Notes: generated by a model from the letters alone, not told the origin. Shown: positions 1 to 10,531, numbered from the stretch's first letter. The stretch is DNA of 64,000 nt from an uncultured delta proteobacterium (GCA_963745835.1 CAVUZH010000003.1:672001-736000); one strand, 5' to 3'. Translations and numbers: made by a program.

Positions 1-52
1 TTTATCTCTCGATAGCTTCGGATCTCCCAGGACGAGCTGTAGCGGGCGAGAT

Positions 53-1570
53 CTACTTTTGTGGCCGGGCTTGCGCACCAATGGCGTACTCGCCGAGGGC
101 TTGGCCGAAACACGCCGCATCGAGGCCGTAGGGGCTGAAGTCACCGCTGAATGCAGCCAGCGCCCAGAGGGCTGCGTCTCGGTATCGAATGTTTTGTGTC
201 GCTTCAGCAAGCGTCAGGAAGAACGAAGCGGCCGCGCCGTTTTGCGCAATCAAGGTCAGGCGGAACCCGGCGAGAGCAGGTCCCGGTATTTCGATATCGT
301 AGTATCCCCCTTGAGGATTCTTCAGCCGCGCCAGAATAAATTCCGCGAGAGTCGTGGCGCCCTCGAGATATTGATTGTTTTTGGTGATTGAGTAGGCCTT
401 TAGCAGGGCGTTTCCTACGTGGACCTGGTCGTCGAGCAATCCGGCGAGGTGCGCCGCGCCATCGAAGTAGTGAGCCATCTTACCGTTCCGGCTCCGGCAA
501 CGTTCCCACAAAAACTCCAGGGCGTGCAGCGCGCGCGCCCGGCAGCGCGGCTCCGGGAGAGTTACCGCGGCGTCGAGATAGGCGACAATGATTTGCGCAT
601 TGGCATCGATATAAATACAGCCATCCAGAATCGAAAAATATTCTTCTTCGGAAGACACCTCGCTGTTTTCTTTTCGGAGAAAATCTTCGCAGCCGTAGAA
701 AGCCCCTGTAGCGGTGTCGAGAAGGTTTGCGTTCAGGTAGGCAATCAATTCTTCGGCCATGCTCGCGTAAACCGGCAGCTGCGTGATTCGCAACGCTCGC
801 ACGCAGTTTGCCAGAATGCCGGCCTGTTCCGTGAGCAATTTCTCGCGATGCGGCCGGCTCCAGTCGCGACCGGAGCAGGTGCGGAAATAGCCGCCCGCTA
901 GGGGATCGCGCATCGGACTTTCGCGCATGCGATCCAGGGTCAGGCAAACATGCTCCAGGTACTGAGGGTTTTTTGTTGCCTCATAACGAGCGAGCAAGAA
1001 GTCATTGACCTGCGGCTGGATGAATTTCTGGCCGTGGCCATAACCGCCGTATTCCCGGTCTGCGAGCTCGATGATTTGATTGGCGATCTTCTCGACGGCT
1101 GAAAGATCCGGCCGACGCTCATTCATGCATTGTTGTCTATCGAGACCGCTCTCTTGCGCGTTTCGATGGAGCACGCCAATCCGATCTTTCTTCTCGTGAT
1201 AAGCCGTGTACACGCGAACCAGGAGATCGCCGAACTGCTCGCTCGGAAGATAGTTTGCTACGGAGAGCAGGTCTCCGTCAGCGGTCATAAAAGCAATTGT
1301 CGGCCAGCCGTTACGGTTGTAGCGGGTGTCGATGTCGGGTCGTTGAGCATTGTCGCAGCGAATCGAAATGAAATAGGCGTTGAGGAGCGCGGTGTTTTCG
1401 TTATCGGAGAACGCTTCCTCGTCCATGCGCTGGCAGAAGCGACACCAGAATGCGGTGAGAAAAAGCATCACCGGCTTATCTTGGTTGCGAGCAAGTCGAA
1501 AAGGATCGTCGTCCCATTCACACCAGCGAACGAAGTATGCCCGGTTTAGATTGGGTGAAAAGCGAATCAT
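53..1570 (-). CDS. Thioredoxin-domain/(alpha/alpha)6 protein, YyaL/SSP411 (DUF255) family
   Basis: N-terminal WCRFCQRMDEEAF CxxC, RPDIDTRYNRNGWPT, REKLL, GLLDDQ and QNGAAA motifs; ATG at 1570 (ORF open to 1588). Confidence 0.85.
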   Translation of the reverse strand: MIRFSPNLNRAYFVRWCEWDDDPFRLARNQDKPVMLFLTAFWCRFCQRMDEEAFSDNENTALLNAYFISIRCDNAQRPDIDTRYNRNGWPTIAFMTADGDLLSVANYLPSEQFGDLLVRVYTAYHEKKDRIGVLHRNAQESGLDRQQCMNERRPDLSAVEKIANQIIELADREYGGYGHGQKFIQPQVNDFLLARYEATKNPQYLEHVCLTLDRMRESPMRDPLAGGYFRTCSGRDWSRPHREKLLTEQAGILANCVRALRITQLPVYASMAEELIAYLNANLLDTATGAFYGCEDFLRKENSEVSSEEEYFSILDGCIYIDANAQIIVAYLDAAVTLPEPRCRARALHALEFLWERCRSRNGKMAHYFDGAAHLAGLLDDQVHVGNALLKAYSITKNNQYLEGATTLAEFILARLKNPQGGYYDIEIPGPALAGFRLTLIAQNGAAASFFLTLAEATQNIRYRDAALWALAAFSGDFSPYGLDAACFGQALGEYAIGAQARPQK

Positions 1571-1742
1571 AGGCGCGGTTTGTCGCAATCAAGCCGATAA
1601 ACGCTTGTTATCATCATTGCCATCGTACAAAAAGTCAGGAGGCACAAAAATTCAAAGCACCGATCGCATTGACATCCGTATTGGGCCGGGCCATAAGATC
1701 GACTTGAGCTAATTGCGCAGCTATTTACCCAAGAACAATTCA

Positions 1743-3023
1743 ATGCAGCTCTCTCTCGCACGCCATCCCGTCACCGAAATCCGCTTCGGCTTTCAGACAC
1801 GGATCGATGACACACTCCTGTTCGTCAATGCGGGGGAACTGCGCCGGCTTGTCCTTGAAGATGAGGCGCTTGCGGCTGTCGATTTCGACATAGTCCGACC
1901 GGGCGACAGTTGCCGTGCCGGGCCGATCTTCGACATAGTTGAGCCGCGCGCGAAAGCGCCGGGCTCGGGTCCTGATTTTCCCGGAATACTCGGTGCTCCC
2001 ACCACCGCGGGCATGGGCACTACCCACGTGCTTGCCGGTTCTGCGGTATCCGTTCTGGCCGAGATGTCACCCGGCGAGGGTAGAAGCGCCACCGGACGTG
2101 TTTTGGAAATGAGCGGGCCGGTGGTCTCGGGCAGCGACTACTCCTCATTACAACATCTGTTACTCATTCCGCACACCAAGCCCGGGTTGCCCCGCCAAGT
2201 GGTGTTAAAGGCTTATCGCTTGGCCGCCTTGAAGGTCGCTGTACAGATTGCTCGGTGCGCCATCGATCAAGCTCCCGCATTGACGCAAAGCTTTCCATCC
2301 GTCGACCTCTCGTCGCAAGACCGTCGTGACCTTTCACGCGTCGCCTACGTCGGGCAGATTTTTTCGCGCCAACGCAAGCCCGGTGTCGACGAGCCGATTC
2401 TCTACGGCGCCAACACCGATGGCATGCTGCCGGTGGTGCTACATCCCGACGAATGGCTCGATGGAGCTATCGTGCCATCGCTCAACTCCTGGTTTGGCGG
2501 AACCGAGACTTACTTTTATCAAAATCATCCAGTTATTCTGGAGCTTTACCGCCGTCATCAGGCTCGGGAAATTAACTTCGTTGGAACGATAGCGACCATC
2601 GCAGGTTCGGACCAATTCGATCGGGAGCGTCACTGCCGGGCGGCTGCGCATCTCGTGAAATGGAACTTTCGCGCCGACGGCGCGGTACTAACTAAATACG
2701 GCGGCGGCTTGCCCCATGCCGACCTGGCGGAAACGGCGCGCCTGCTTGAGGGCAAGGGCATACGCACCGCAGTAATGGTTTCCGATTCGTCGCGAGATCG
2801 CCGGGTTGAATCGGCGCTGCTGTTTAATTTTCCCGAAGTAAACGCGATTGTTTATAACGGTGGTAACGGCACCAAATGGGAAATCCCGCGCGTGGACCGG
2901 GTGATTACGGCAACTCCGGAGATGGCGCAACTTCTGGAGGGGCCAATGTCGATTGAGGCTTCGAATATCATTGGCGTCATGAACCAGCAGGGTGCGTCGC
3001 GCATGAGATCTCTGGTTTATTAG
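1743..3023 (+). CDS. grdE: Glycine/sarcosine/betaine reductase component B alpha/beta subunit (GrdE/GrdI-like)
   Basis: DIVRPGDSCRAGPIFDIVEPRAK, GTTHVLAG, LHPDEWLDGAIV and YQNHPVILELY motifs; directly upstream of the grdB-like gene. Confidence 0.85.
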   Translation: MQLSLARHPVTEIRFGFQTRIDDTLLFVNAGELRRLVLEDEALAAVDFDIVRPGDSCRAGPIFDIVEPRAKAPGSGPDFPGILGAPTTAGMGTTHVLAGSAVSVLAEMSPGEGRSATGRVLEMSGPVVSGSDYSSLQHLLLIPHTKPGLPRQVVLKAYRLAALKVAVQIARCAIDQAPALTQSFPSVDLSSQDRRDLSRVAYVGQIFSRQRKPGVDEPILYGANTDGMLPVVLHPDEWLDGAIVPSLNSWFGGTETYFYQNHPVILELYRRHQAREINFVGTIATIAGSDQFDRERHCRAAAHLVKWNFRADGAVLTKYGGGLPHADLAETARLLEGKGIRTAVMVSDSSRDRRVESALLFNFPEVNAIVYNGGNGTKWEIPRVDRVITATPEMAQLLEGPMSIEASNIIGVMNQQGASRMRSLVY

Positions 3024-3065
3024 AAGCATCCCGGATTCGGATCGGCTTTGAGAGGGAGAGGAACG

Positions 3066-4352
3066 ATGAGAGTAGTGCATTATCTAAATCAGTTTTTTGG
3101 CGGCATTGGCGCAGAGGAGCATGCCGGCGAGCCGCTGCAGACGCGCGATGGCCCGGTGGGACCAGGCAGGCTGCTGGAGCCGTTGCTGGGCGATGGGACG
3201 CGCATCGTTATGACCCTGGTTTGTGGCGACAATCATGCGGTCGAAAATCAGGAGGCAGTTACCGCCTACGTGGTAGAGAAGATTCGCGCGCTGCAAGCCG
3301 ATTTGTTTTTCGCCGGACCCTGCTTCGATGCCGGCCGTTACGGCATGGCGGCGAGCGCGCTGTGCGCAGCGGTTCAAGCCGAATTAGATATTCCCGCTAT
3401 CACCGGGATGAATGAAGAGAACCCCGGAGTCGATCTTTACCGCGACGCTCTCTATATCATCGACTCCGGCAGCAATCCGGCCAAGATGCGTGAGGTCTTA
3501 AGCAAGATGGCCAGCCTGGGAAAAAAGCTGGTCGAAAAGCGCGCGATCGGGCTCCCCGCCCAGGAAGGTTATCTGCGTCGCGGCCTCCTGCGCGATCAGT
3601 TGGTGCAAGAGACGGCTGCGCGGCGGCTGGTGGACATGCTCGTGGCGAAACTCAACGGCACACCGTTTGAGTCCGAAATGCTGCCTGTAGCTTTCGAACC
3701 GACTCCGATGCCTGCGGCGATCAAAGATCTTTCCCAGGCTCGGGTTATGCTCGTTACGGATGGCGGGCTCGTGCCCAAGGGCAACCCGGATAGAATCCAG
3801 GGCACGGCCGCCACCCGCTGGGGTTCTTACAGTCTAGAAGGGCGGGATGACCTGCGCGGCGAAGAATACGAAATCTCGCACGGCGGTTATGATGCCCGCT
3901 TTGTTCAGGAAGATCCCGATCGTCTGGTGCCGCTGGACGTCATGCGCGAAATGGAAAAGCGCGGTGTCATCGGCAAGCTGCACGATGAATTTATTTCCAC
4001 TTCGGGCCGCGTCAATCCGCTTTCCAATACGCGGCGCATGGGCCGCGAGATGGCGCAGAAAGCTAAGAGGGATGGCGTCGATGCCGTGATTCTGACTTCG
4101 ACGTGAGGGACGAGCACGCGCAGCGGTGCTGCGATTACAACGGAGTTGGAGAAAGCCGGCATTCCCGTGGTGCAAATTACTTCGGCCTTGCCGATCGCCA
4201 AAATGATCGGATCGAACCGCGTGGTGTTGGGCAACGGCATCGTGCATGTCACCGGCGATGTCAAACTGTCGCCGGACGATGAGAAAGACTTGCGCCGCAG
4301 GCTCGTGCAAAAAGCTCTCGACGCCTTACAATCGGGCGAAACGCAAAAGTAA
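3066..4352 (+). CDS. grdB: Glycine/betaine/sarcosine reductase selenoprotein B (428 aa; UGA at 4104-4106 read as selenocysteine)
   Basis: MRVVHYLNQFFGGIGAEE start; VILTST-TGA-GTSTRSGA continues in frame into the 4146-4352 ORF (EKAGIPVVQIT...IGSNRVV), matching the GrdB C-terminus. Confidence 0.92.
4119..4133 (+). promoter_or_regulatory. Bacterial SECIS-like hairpin
   Basis: CGCAGC-GGT-GCTGCG, a perfect 6-bp stem with a G-containing loop, separated from the in-frame UGA by 12 nt. Confidence 0.7.
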
Positions 4353-4503
4353 TTAGCTCTCCCGCATCGTCATCCGAACCGTTGTCACTTTGCCATCCCA
4401 CGCGTTTGACCCGCTTCGCCGTCTTATGACACGATCGGCGCGAACCTTTGGATCGCTGTAAGATGACTGCCGGTGAATTTCAATTGAAAGAAAGGTAACG
4501 CAC

Positions 4504-5367
4504 ATGGAGAAAACAATGACCGAGAAACGTAAAACGCTGCGTGGATTACTGCAGGGACCGGGGTGCTCGATTGCGCCCAGCTGTAATGACGGCATTCAGG
4601 CGCGGCTGGTGGAGTGGCTCGGATTTCCACTGGTCCATATTTCCGGCAGCGGCCAACATCGCGCCCTCGGTTTTGCCGATGCCGGGATGCTCACACTTAC
4701 CGAGATGATTAATCGCGCGCGCGAGATCGTCGATGCCGTCGAACTTCCGATAGTCAGCGATGGCGAGACCGGTTACGGCAACGCCGTGAACGTTGTGCGC
4801 GCGGTGCGGGAATTCGAGCGCGCCGGTGTTGCCGCCATACACATCGAAGACCAGATGACACCGAAACGCGCCGGCCACGAAGGTTTCGACGTTGGCTTGG
4901 TTTCCAAAGCTGAATTTGTTGCCAAGATCAAGGCGGCGCTGGATACACGTCGCGATGAAAATCTGGTCATCATCGCGCGCTCGGAGGCCAAGGATTCATT
5001 GCAAGAACGACTCGACCGTGTCGGCGCTTGTTGCGATGCCGGAGCCGACGCGGTCTGGTTGAGCGCTCGCACGGAGGACGAAATCAAGGCCTTCGCTAAA
5101 CTTGGCAAACCACTCGTCGGGGTTCCGCCACGCCAGCTAATGCCGATCCAGCGCTATGGCGAACTGGGCGGGCGGGTCGGTTGCATTCCCACGGTTTTGC
5201 AGGTTGCCGCGCTGCACGGCATGCGCCAGTGTCTCGAAGAGCTGAAGCGAAGCGGCACCGAAGCGCGCTATTTCACGGAAACTCCGGGTATCGACGACAC
5301 CCGCAAGTGGTACACCAATCTCGGCAACCAAGAACTTAAAGACCTCGAAGCGAAGTATGGCTATTGA
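4504..5367 (+). CDS. Isocitrate lyase/PEP mutase family enzyme (PrpB-like, non-canonical active-site loop)
   Basis: DGETGYGNAVNV, IHIEDQMTPKRAGH and IIARSEA motifs. Confidence 0.85.
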   Translation: MEKTMTEKRKTLRGLLQGPGCSIAPSCNDGIQARLVEWLGFPLVHISGSGQHRALGFADAGMLTLTEMINRAREIVDAVELPIVSDGETGYGNAVNVVRAVREFERAGVAAIHIEDQMTPKRAGHEGFDVGLVSKAEFVAKIKAALDTRRDENLVIIARSEAKDSLQERLDRVGACCDAGADAVWLSARTEDEIKAFAKLGKPLVGVPPRQLMPIQRYGELGGRVGCIPTVLQVAALHGMRQCLEELKRSGTEARYFTETPGIDDTRKWYTNLGNQELKDLEAKYGY

Positions 5368-5417
5368 GATGCTGAGTCCGATCAGGGCTAGTACCATCAC
5401 GGCAGCGGAAGCATTCC

Positions 5418-6773
5418 GTGGATAGCATCACACAGACTATCGCTGAATACGCCTCTACAGTGGTGTTCGAGCATCTCGCCGCGGAAGCGGTGCATGCCGC
5501 CAAGCAGCGGCTGATCGATTCGCTGGGCTGTGCTGTCGGCGCTCACGATTGCGAGCCGGCGCAAATCGGCAGGCGATTGGCGGGCGGTCAAACACCGGGA
5601 AAATATCCCGGCAGAGTTCTCTATTTCGGCGACCGGCTGCCGGTGGAAAGCGCGGCGTTTATCAATACGTCGATGATTCGCAATTTCGATTTCAACGATC
5701 GCTATCCCGGCGGTCACCCGAGCGATTGCCTGGGCGCACTGCTGGCAATCTCTGGAGCCATGGACATCGATGGCAAGCGCTTTCTCACTAGCATGATCGT
5801 GGCTTACGAAATTTTTGCTCGCTTGAGCGACGCCACCGCACTGAGCCGCCGCGGCTGGGATCAAGGCTATGCCATCGGCATCGCGACGGCGGCGGGAGTC
5901 TGCAATTTATTGGAAACCTCGCGCGCAGCAACGGCGCATGCCGTAGGAATCGCTGCGGCTTCCAACCTGCCATTGCGGGTGACCCGATCAGGCGAGCTCA
6001 CCCCGTGGAAGAACGCGGCCACGGCGTACGCGTCGCGCAACGGTGTGTTTGCCGCATTACTTGCCGCCGAAGGAATGAGCGGCCCGGGCAATGCGTTTGA
6101 AGGCCGCAATGGTCTCTTTGAAAAGGTAACCGGACCGTTCGAGCTCGCGCCGCTACCAAATTGCGGCGGCGCGCATCTGACGCCCAGAGTTCAATTGAAA
6201 TACTGGCCCATCGAAACCAATGGCCAGCCCGCTGTTTGGGCCGCGCTGGACTTGCGTGAAAAAGCCCGGATCGACGAGCTCAAAGAGATCGAGGTTTTTA
6301 CCTCGAAGTTCACCTGGTTCGAGATCGGCAGCGAGCCCGAGAAATGGGATCCGCAGACACGTGAGACGGCGGATCACAGCCTGCCTTACATCTTGGCCAG
6401 GACTATGGTGGACGGACCGATCAAGATTTCATCTTTTGACGATGAAGCGGTCCGCGATCCCGTATTGCGACGCCTGATGGCTAAGATCAAGGTCATACCG
6501 GATGATCGCATCGAGGCCCTGCTGCCGCAGAAGACCTTCATGCGCGTCGTCGCGACGACCCTGGACGGACGTCAGCATATCGTCGAAGTATCCAATCCAC
6601 TGGGTCATCCGGACAACCCGATGCAAGACCGCCACATCGAAGAAAAATTTATTTCCTTAGTCGAGCCGGCGCTGGGCAAGGCTCGTTGCGGCGCGGCCCT
6701 CGAGACCTGGTGGCGCCTGGAGCAAGCGACTGGAGTGAGTGCCGCGATGCAGTTGCTCGAGATTGACCGCTAA
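5418..6773 (+). CDS. MmgE/PrpD family protein
   Basis: RNFDFND..GGHPSD, RSGELTPWK, ETADHSLPY and GHPDNP motifs; GTG start. Confidence 0.9.
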   Translation: MDSITQTIAEYASTVVFEHLAAEAVHAAKQRLIDSLGCAVGAHDCEPAQIGRRLAGGQTPGKYPGRVLYFGDRLPVESAAFINTSMIRNFDFNDRYPGGHPSDCLGALLAISGAMDIDGKRFLTSMIVAYEIFARLSDATALSRRGWDQGYAIGIATAAGVCNLLETSRAATAHAVGIAAASNLPLRVTRSGELTPWKNAATAYASRNGVFAALLAAEGMSGPGNAFEGRNGLFEKVTGPFELAPLPNCGGAHLTPRVQLKYWPIETNGQPAVWAALDLREKARIDELKEIEVFTSKFTWFEIGSEPEKWDPQTRETADHSLPYILARTMVDGPIKISSFDDEAVRDPVLRRLMAKIKVIPDDRIEALLPQKTFMRVVATTLDGRQHIVEVSNPLGHPDNPMQDRHIEEKFISLVEPALGKARCGAALETWWRLEQATGVSAAMQLLEIDR

Positions 6774-6857
6774 GGCCGCATTGGACGTGCTTCGAAAACA
6801 ACGTTGGGGGAAGCGCGCCGCAGTGCCGTGTCAAGGCTTCACATCCAGAGGTGACTC

Positions 6858-8294
6858 ATGAACGCCGATCAAAACAATCTTTCTACGGCTGCCGAAGGGC
6901 TTAAGACAACGGCCGCCGCCGCGGCATTCATTGAGCGGGTGACTGCCGATGATTTGCCTACGAAGGCGCTGCGCATCGGCACCCGCTGTGTCCTCGACGG
7001 GCTGGGTCTCTACGTAGCTGGGTCTGAAGAGCATTCGGTTAAGCTTCTTATCGATGAAGCCGAGCACATCGGCGGTCGGGGGGAAGCGCTGTTATTAGGC
7101 GGTGGCACGACCAAAGTTCCGGCGTCGATGGCTGCCCGTGTGCTCGGAACCGCGGGCCATGCGCATGATTGGGACGATAGTCAGGTAAGCTCGGATCCCG
7201 CTCATGTCTACGGCCTACTCACTCATCCGACGATTCCACCGCTGACCAGCGCGCTGGTGATAAGCCAGCAATTGGGCAATGTCAACGGTCAAACCTTCAT
7301 GCTCGCGTTTCTTACCGGATTTGAAGTCGAGTGCAAGATCTCGGAGTGGATGTTGCCGAAGCATTATCTCAGGGGTTTCCACTCCAGCGGCACCGTTGGG
7401 ACCTTCGGCGCCTACGCGACGGCGGCGAAGCTCCTGGGCTTGAAAGGCGACAATTTGCTCAGCGGCTTTGGCATCGCCGCGAGCTTTGCGGCGGGGATCC
7501 GTTGTAACTTTGGCACTATGACCAAACCGCTGCACGTCGGACGGGCGGCGGAAAACGGTGTGACTGCCGCACTGCTTGCAGCGCGCGGTTTCACAGCCGA
7601 TCCGGATGCTCTGGATGGAACATGGGGTTTTTATACGGTGCACGGAGGTGGTGTTAGCGCTGAAAAGATTGCACAGGGCTTTGGCAAGACCTGGACGATC
7701 GTTGAGCCTGGAGTCTCGATCAAGCCTTATCCGTGCGGTGTATTGACTCATCCGACCATTGATTTGATGTTGAAGCTGGTAACCGAGCACGAAGTTAAAG
7801 CGGATGACATTGTAGCGGTTAAGGTTTATGCCGGCACGAACATTTTAAAACCCATTCGTTACCCGATTGCGCTCAATCACCTGCAAGCGAAGTTCTCGCT
7901 GCCGGCCGCTCTAGCCATGATCGCCTTAGCTCGCAAAGCTGGCAAACGCGAATTCTCCGACGAATTTGTGGGCTCTCCGGCCATGCAGTCGATGCAGCGG
8001 CGGATCTCGACCGAACTCGATCCTGAGATCGAGAAACTCGGATTCGATAAAATGCGCTCGCGTATCCGGATCGATCTCAAAGATGGACATAGGATCGAAG
8101 GCTCGGCCGATGAGCGCTACCGCGGCGGACCGGAAAACCCATTGAGTGATATCGATCTGGAAGCAAAGCTGCGCTCCTGCTGCGAAGGTGTTTTGGATGA
8201 AAACAGACAGGCGACTTTGATCGCTGCCGCATGGTCCGTTGCGCAGTTGAAGGATGCGGGGAGATTGATGGAGATTATCAATAAACTGCCGTGA
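6858..8294 (+). CDS. MmgE/PrpD family protein (second, divergent subfamily)
   Basis: GHAHDWDD, HPT, GFHSSG, NFGTMTKPLHVG, KPYPCG and AKFSLP motifs. Confidence 0.9.
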   Translation: MNADQNNLSTAAEGLKTTAAAAAFIERVTADDLPTKALRIGTRCVLDGLGLYVAGSEEHSVKLLIDEAEHIGGRGEALLLGGGTTKVPASMAARVLGTAGHAHDWDDSQVSSDPAHVYGLLTHPTIPPLTSALVISQQLGNVNGQTFMLAFLTGFEVECKISEWMLPKHYLRGFHSSGTVGTFGAYATAAKLLGLKGDNLLSGFGIAASFAAGIRCNFGTMTKPLHVGRAAENGVTAALLAARGFTADPDALDGTWGFYTVHGGGVSAEKIAQGFGKTWTIVEPGVSIKPYPCGVLTHPTIDLMLKLVTEHEVKADDIVAVKVYAGTNILKPIRYPIALNHLQAKFSLPAALAMIALARKAGKREFSDEFVGSPAMQSMQRRISTELDPEIEKLGFDKMRSRIRIDLKDGHRIEGSADERYRGGPENPLSDIDLEAKLRSCCEGVLDENRQATLIAAAWSVAQLKDAGRLMEIINKLP

Positions 8295-8309
8295 ACAGAG
8301 TAAACTGCC

Positions 8310-9303
8310 GTGTTTCGAAAAGTATCGATGGTTTGTCTTGGTATTCTTTTCGCCACGTTTAGCACCGCACCGGCCCAGGAAATTAAAAGGATTAGGATCG
8401 GCTATCCTTCGGTCAGCACGACTCAAAGTCACATCTGGGTAGGCCAGGAGCATGGACTGTTCAGAAGATATGGCATCGAGGTGGAGCCGATTTTATTGCG
8501 CGGCGGTCAGATGGCCACCCAGTCGCTGGCTGCTGGTGACCCGCCGATCGTCAACATCGGCACAGTGGTGCAGGCGAACCTGCAGGGCCACAGCATGGCG
8601 CTGGTTGCCGCCGTTCAAAGCCAGTATGATTTTCATGTCTTTGCCCGACCCGGTATCACCAGCCTGGAGCAGCTCAAAGGAAAGAGACTCGGCATCACCG
8701 GTTTCGGATCGGCTACTCACTTTGCTTCGCGCATCCTGCTCAGGCATTTAAACCTCGAAGCCAACAAGCATGTCGCTCTGGTTCCCGCGGGGCTCGATCC
8801 GGAACGGGTTGCAGCGATCGCCTCCGGCAGGATTGATGCGTCGTTCTTTACCTCGGTGGCAACACCTCTTGCTCGCAACGCGGGTTTGACCGAGCTTTTG
8901 TTTTTCGGCGACCTCGGCTTCGAAGTGCAGGGAAACGGCCTGGCGACGACCCGCTCTTACATCCAGAGCCAGCGCGAAATCGTCAAGTCGGCCGTGAAGG
9001 GATACGTCGAGGCGATTCACTTCATCCATGCCAACAAAAAAGAGGCGCAGAAGGTATTTGCCAAATTCATGCGCAATAACGATCCCGAGTTCCTCGAGTT
9101 CGCGCACCAGCTTTACGTCAAGCTGATTCCGAAGAACCTTACCCGACGCTGAAAGGAATTCAGAACCTGCTGGATTTGCTGGGGCCGCAAATGGAGCAGC
9201 CAAGAGCGCCAAACCGGAACAGTTTGTCGATTTAAGTTTTCTGCAAGAACTCGAAAAAGAAGGTTTCTACAACGAGATGGCAAAAAGGTACCGTCGAAAT
9301 AAC
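8310..9303 (+). CDS. ABC substrate-binding protein, NMT1/THI5/SsuA-like (frameshifted near the 3' end)
   Basis: Signal peptide and LEQLKGKRLGITGFGS; the C-terminus PYPTLKGIQ...PEQFVDLSFLQELEKEGFY lies in shifted frames at 9137-9303. Confidence 0.8.
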
Positions 9304-9339
9304 GCGCTGCACGCCGCCGGCTGTGCTAGCGCAAAACAG

Positions 9340-10338
9340 CTACTTGCCGCTTAGCTTGAGCCGCTCGGTCGCTTTTTGCACGAAAGTCGGATCGACAAAC
9401 GCTTTGGCCTCGCGATTCTTTATGCCCTGCGGATTGAAGCGCTCATGGAAGCCGGTGATCATACTTTCAATGCCGAACTCCCAAGGCAGGGGAATGCCGC
9501 CAATGGCGTCGTACTGCTTAACGTAGGAGTCGTAAGTCCGCTCGAGCAAAGCGGGATTGTTTTGCCGGGTAAGATCAGTGATGGCCTTGAAGGCCGCCTG
9601 TTTGTTAGCGCGAAAAATTTTCATCCCTTCGACCATCGCAGTCATGTAGTCTTCGACGATCCGGCGGTTCTTGTCTCGGAAAGTTCGGCTGACTGTGTGC
9701 GGTACGCCGGCATAGGGCATTTTAAAATCGAGGAAGTTGGCGAATTCATGATATCCCGCGTTTTCAAGCTCGTATTCATTGGGCGGATTTACCGCAACGC
9801 CGTGAATCAGTCCTTGTCTCATCGCCGCCGCCCGACTCGGCACACCGCCGCTCAGATAGACAAGCTCAACATCCTTGCCCGGAGTAAGCTTGAGTTTTTC
9901 CAAGTAAAGCACCGTAGCATATTCGTCTAATCCGGCCCGGCCGACGCCGAGTTTTTTGCCCTTTAGATCAGCCGGGGTGCGGATCGAGGGCAGCACCATC
10001 AGGCGTAGTGGAATATAGCGGGTTTCTGTTGCAATCACGGCCAAATCGAACCCGCCCGTCGCGATCGCCCGCGATACTGCTGTGCCGCCGCCGTAGAGCA
10101 CTTGAATATTGCCGGTGGCCAGGGCAGCCATATAGGTCGATGCGCCCTGCATCAGCACCATGTCGACATCAAGATTATACTTGGCGAAGACTCCCTCGCG
10201 CCGTGCGATCCAGCCTGGACAGAAGGTCGCGGCCGGGGAAGCATAGGCCATTACCAGTTTGGTCGCCTGCGCGTTGGCCGAATCCAAATAAGCAAAAAGA
10301 GAGATGGCAAGTAACGCAAGCCAACCTTGTCGCCTCAT
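9340..10338 (-). CDS. ABC substrate-binding protein, NMT1/THI5/SsuA-like
   Basis: Signal peptide (ANA-QA), ADLKGKKLGV and the FVDPTFV C-terminal motif. Confidence 0.85.
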   Translation of the reverse strand: MRRQGWLALLAISLFAYLDSANAQATKLVMAYASPAATFCPGWIARREGVFAKYNLDVDMVLMQGASTYMAALATGNIQVLYGGGTAVSRAIATGGFDLAVIATETRYIPLRLMVLPSIRTPADLKGKKLGVGRAGLDEYATVLYLEKLKLTPGKDVELVYLSGGVPSRAAAMRQGLIHGVAVNPPNEYELENAGYHEFANFLDFKMPYAGVPHTVSRTFRDKNRRIVEDYMTAMVEGMKIFRANKQAAFKAITDLTRQNNPALLERTYDSYVKQYDAIGGIPLPWEFGIESMITGFHERFNPQGIKNREAKAFVDPTFVQKATERLKLSGK

Positions 10339-10531
10339 CGGTCACCTCATTTTTTCGGTTCCACTCTGCCATGAATAAGCAATCGACGGCATCCATGGGC
10401 ACGCCTTTTCGCGCAACTTACGCTGACCAGCGGGGCGGTGTCCAGCGCGATTGTGCCGGCGCTGGCGAAAGGAGATGTTTTGGGTTATGTGCGAACGAGC
10501 GGACTGAGTCGAAAATTTCTGGAGGAAAAAA

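Noticed and set aside
4146-4352. Separate 68-aa gene
   Set aside because: It is the in-frame C-terminus of the selenoprotein.
9130-9303. Programmed ribosomal frameshifting in binding-protein genes (also near 25015)
   Set aside because: Multiple scattered single-base indels without a slippery site plus stimulator; sequencing error is the simpler explanation.
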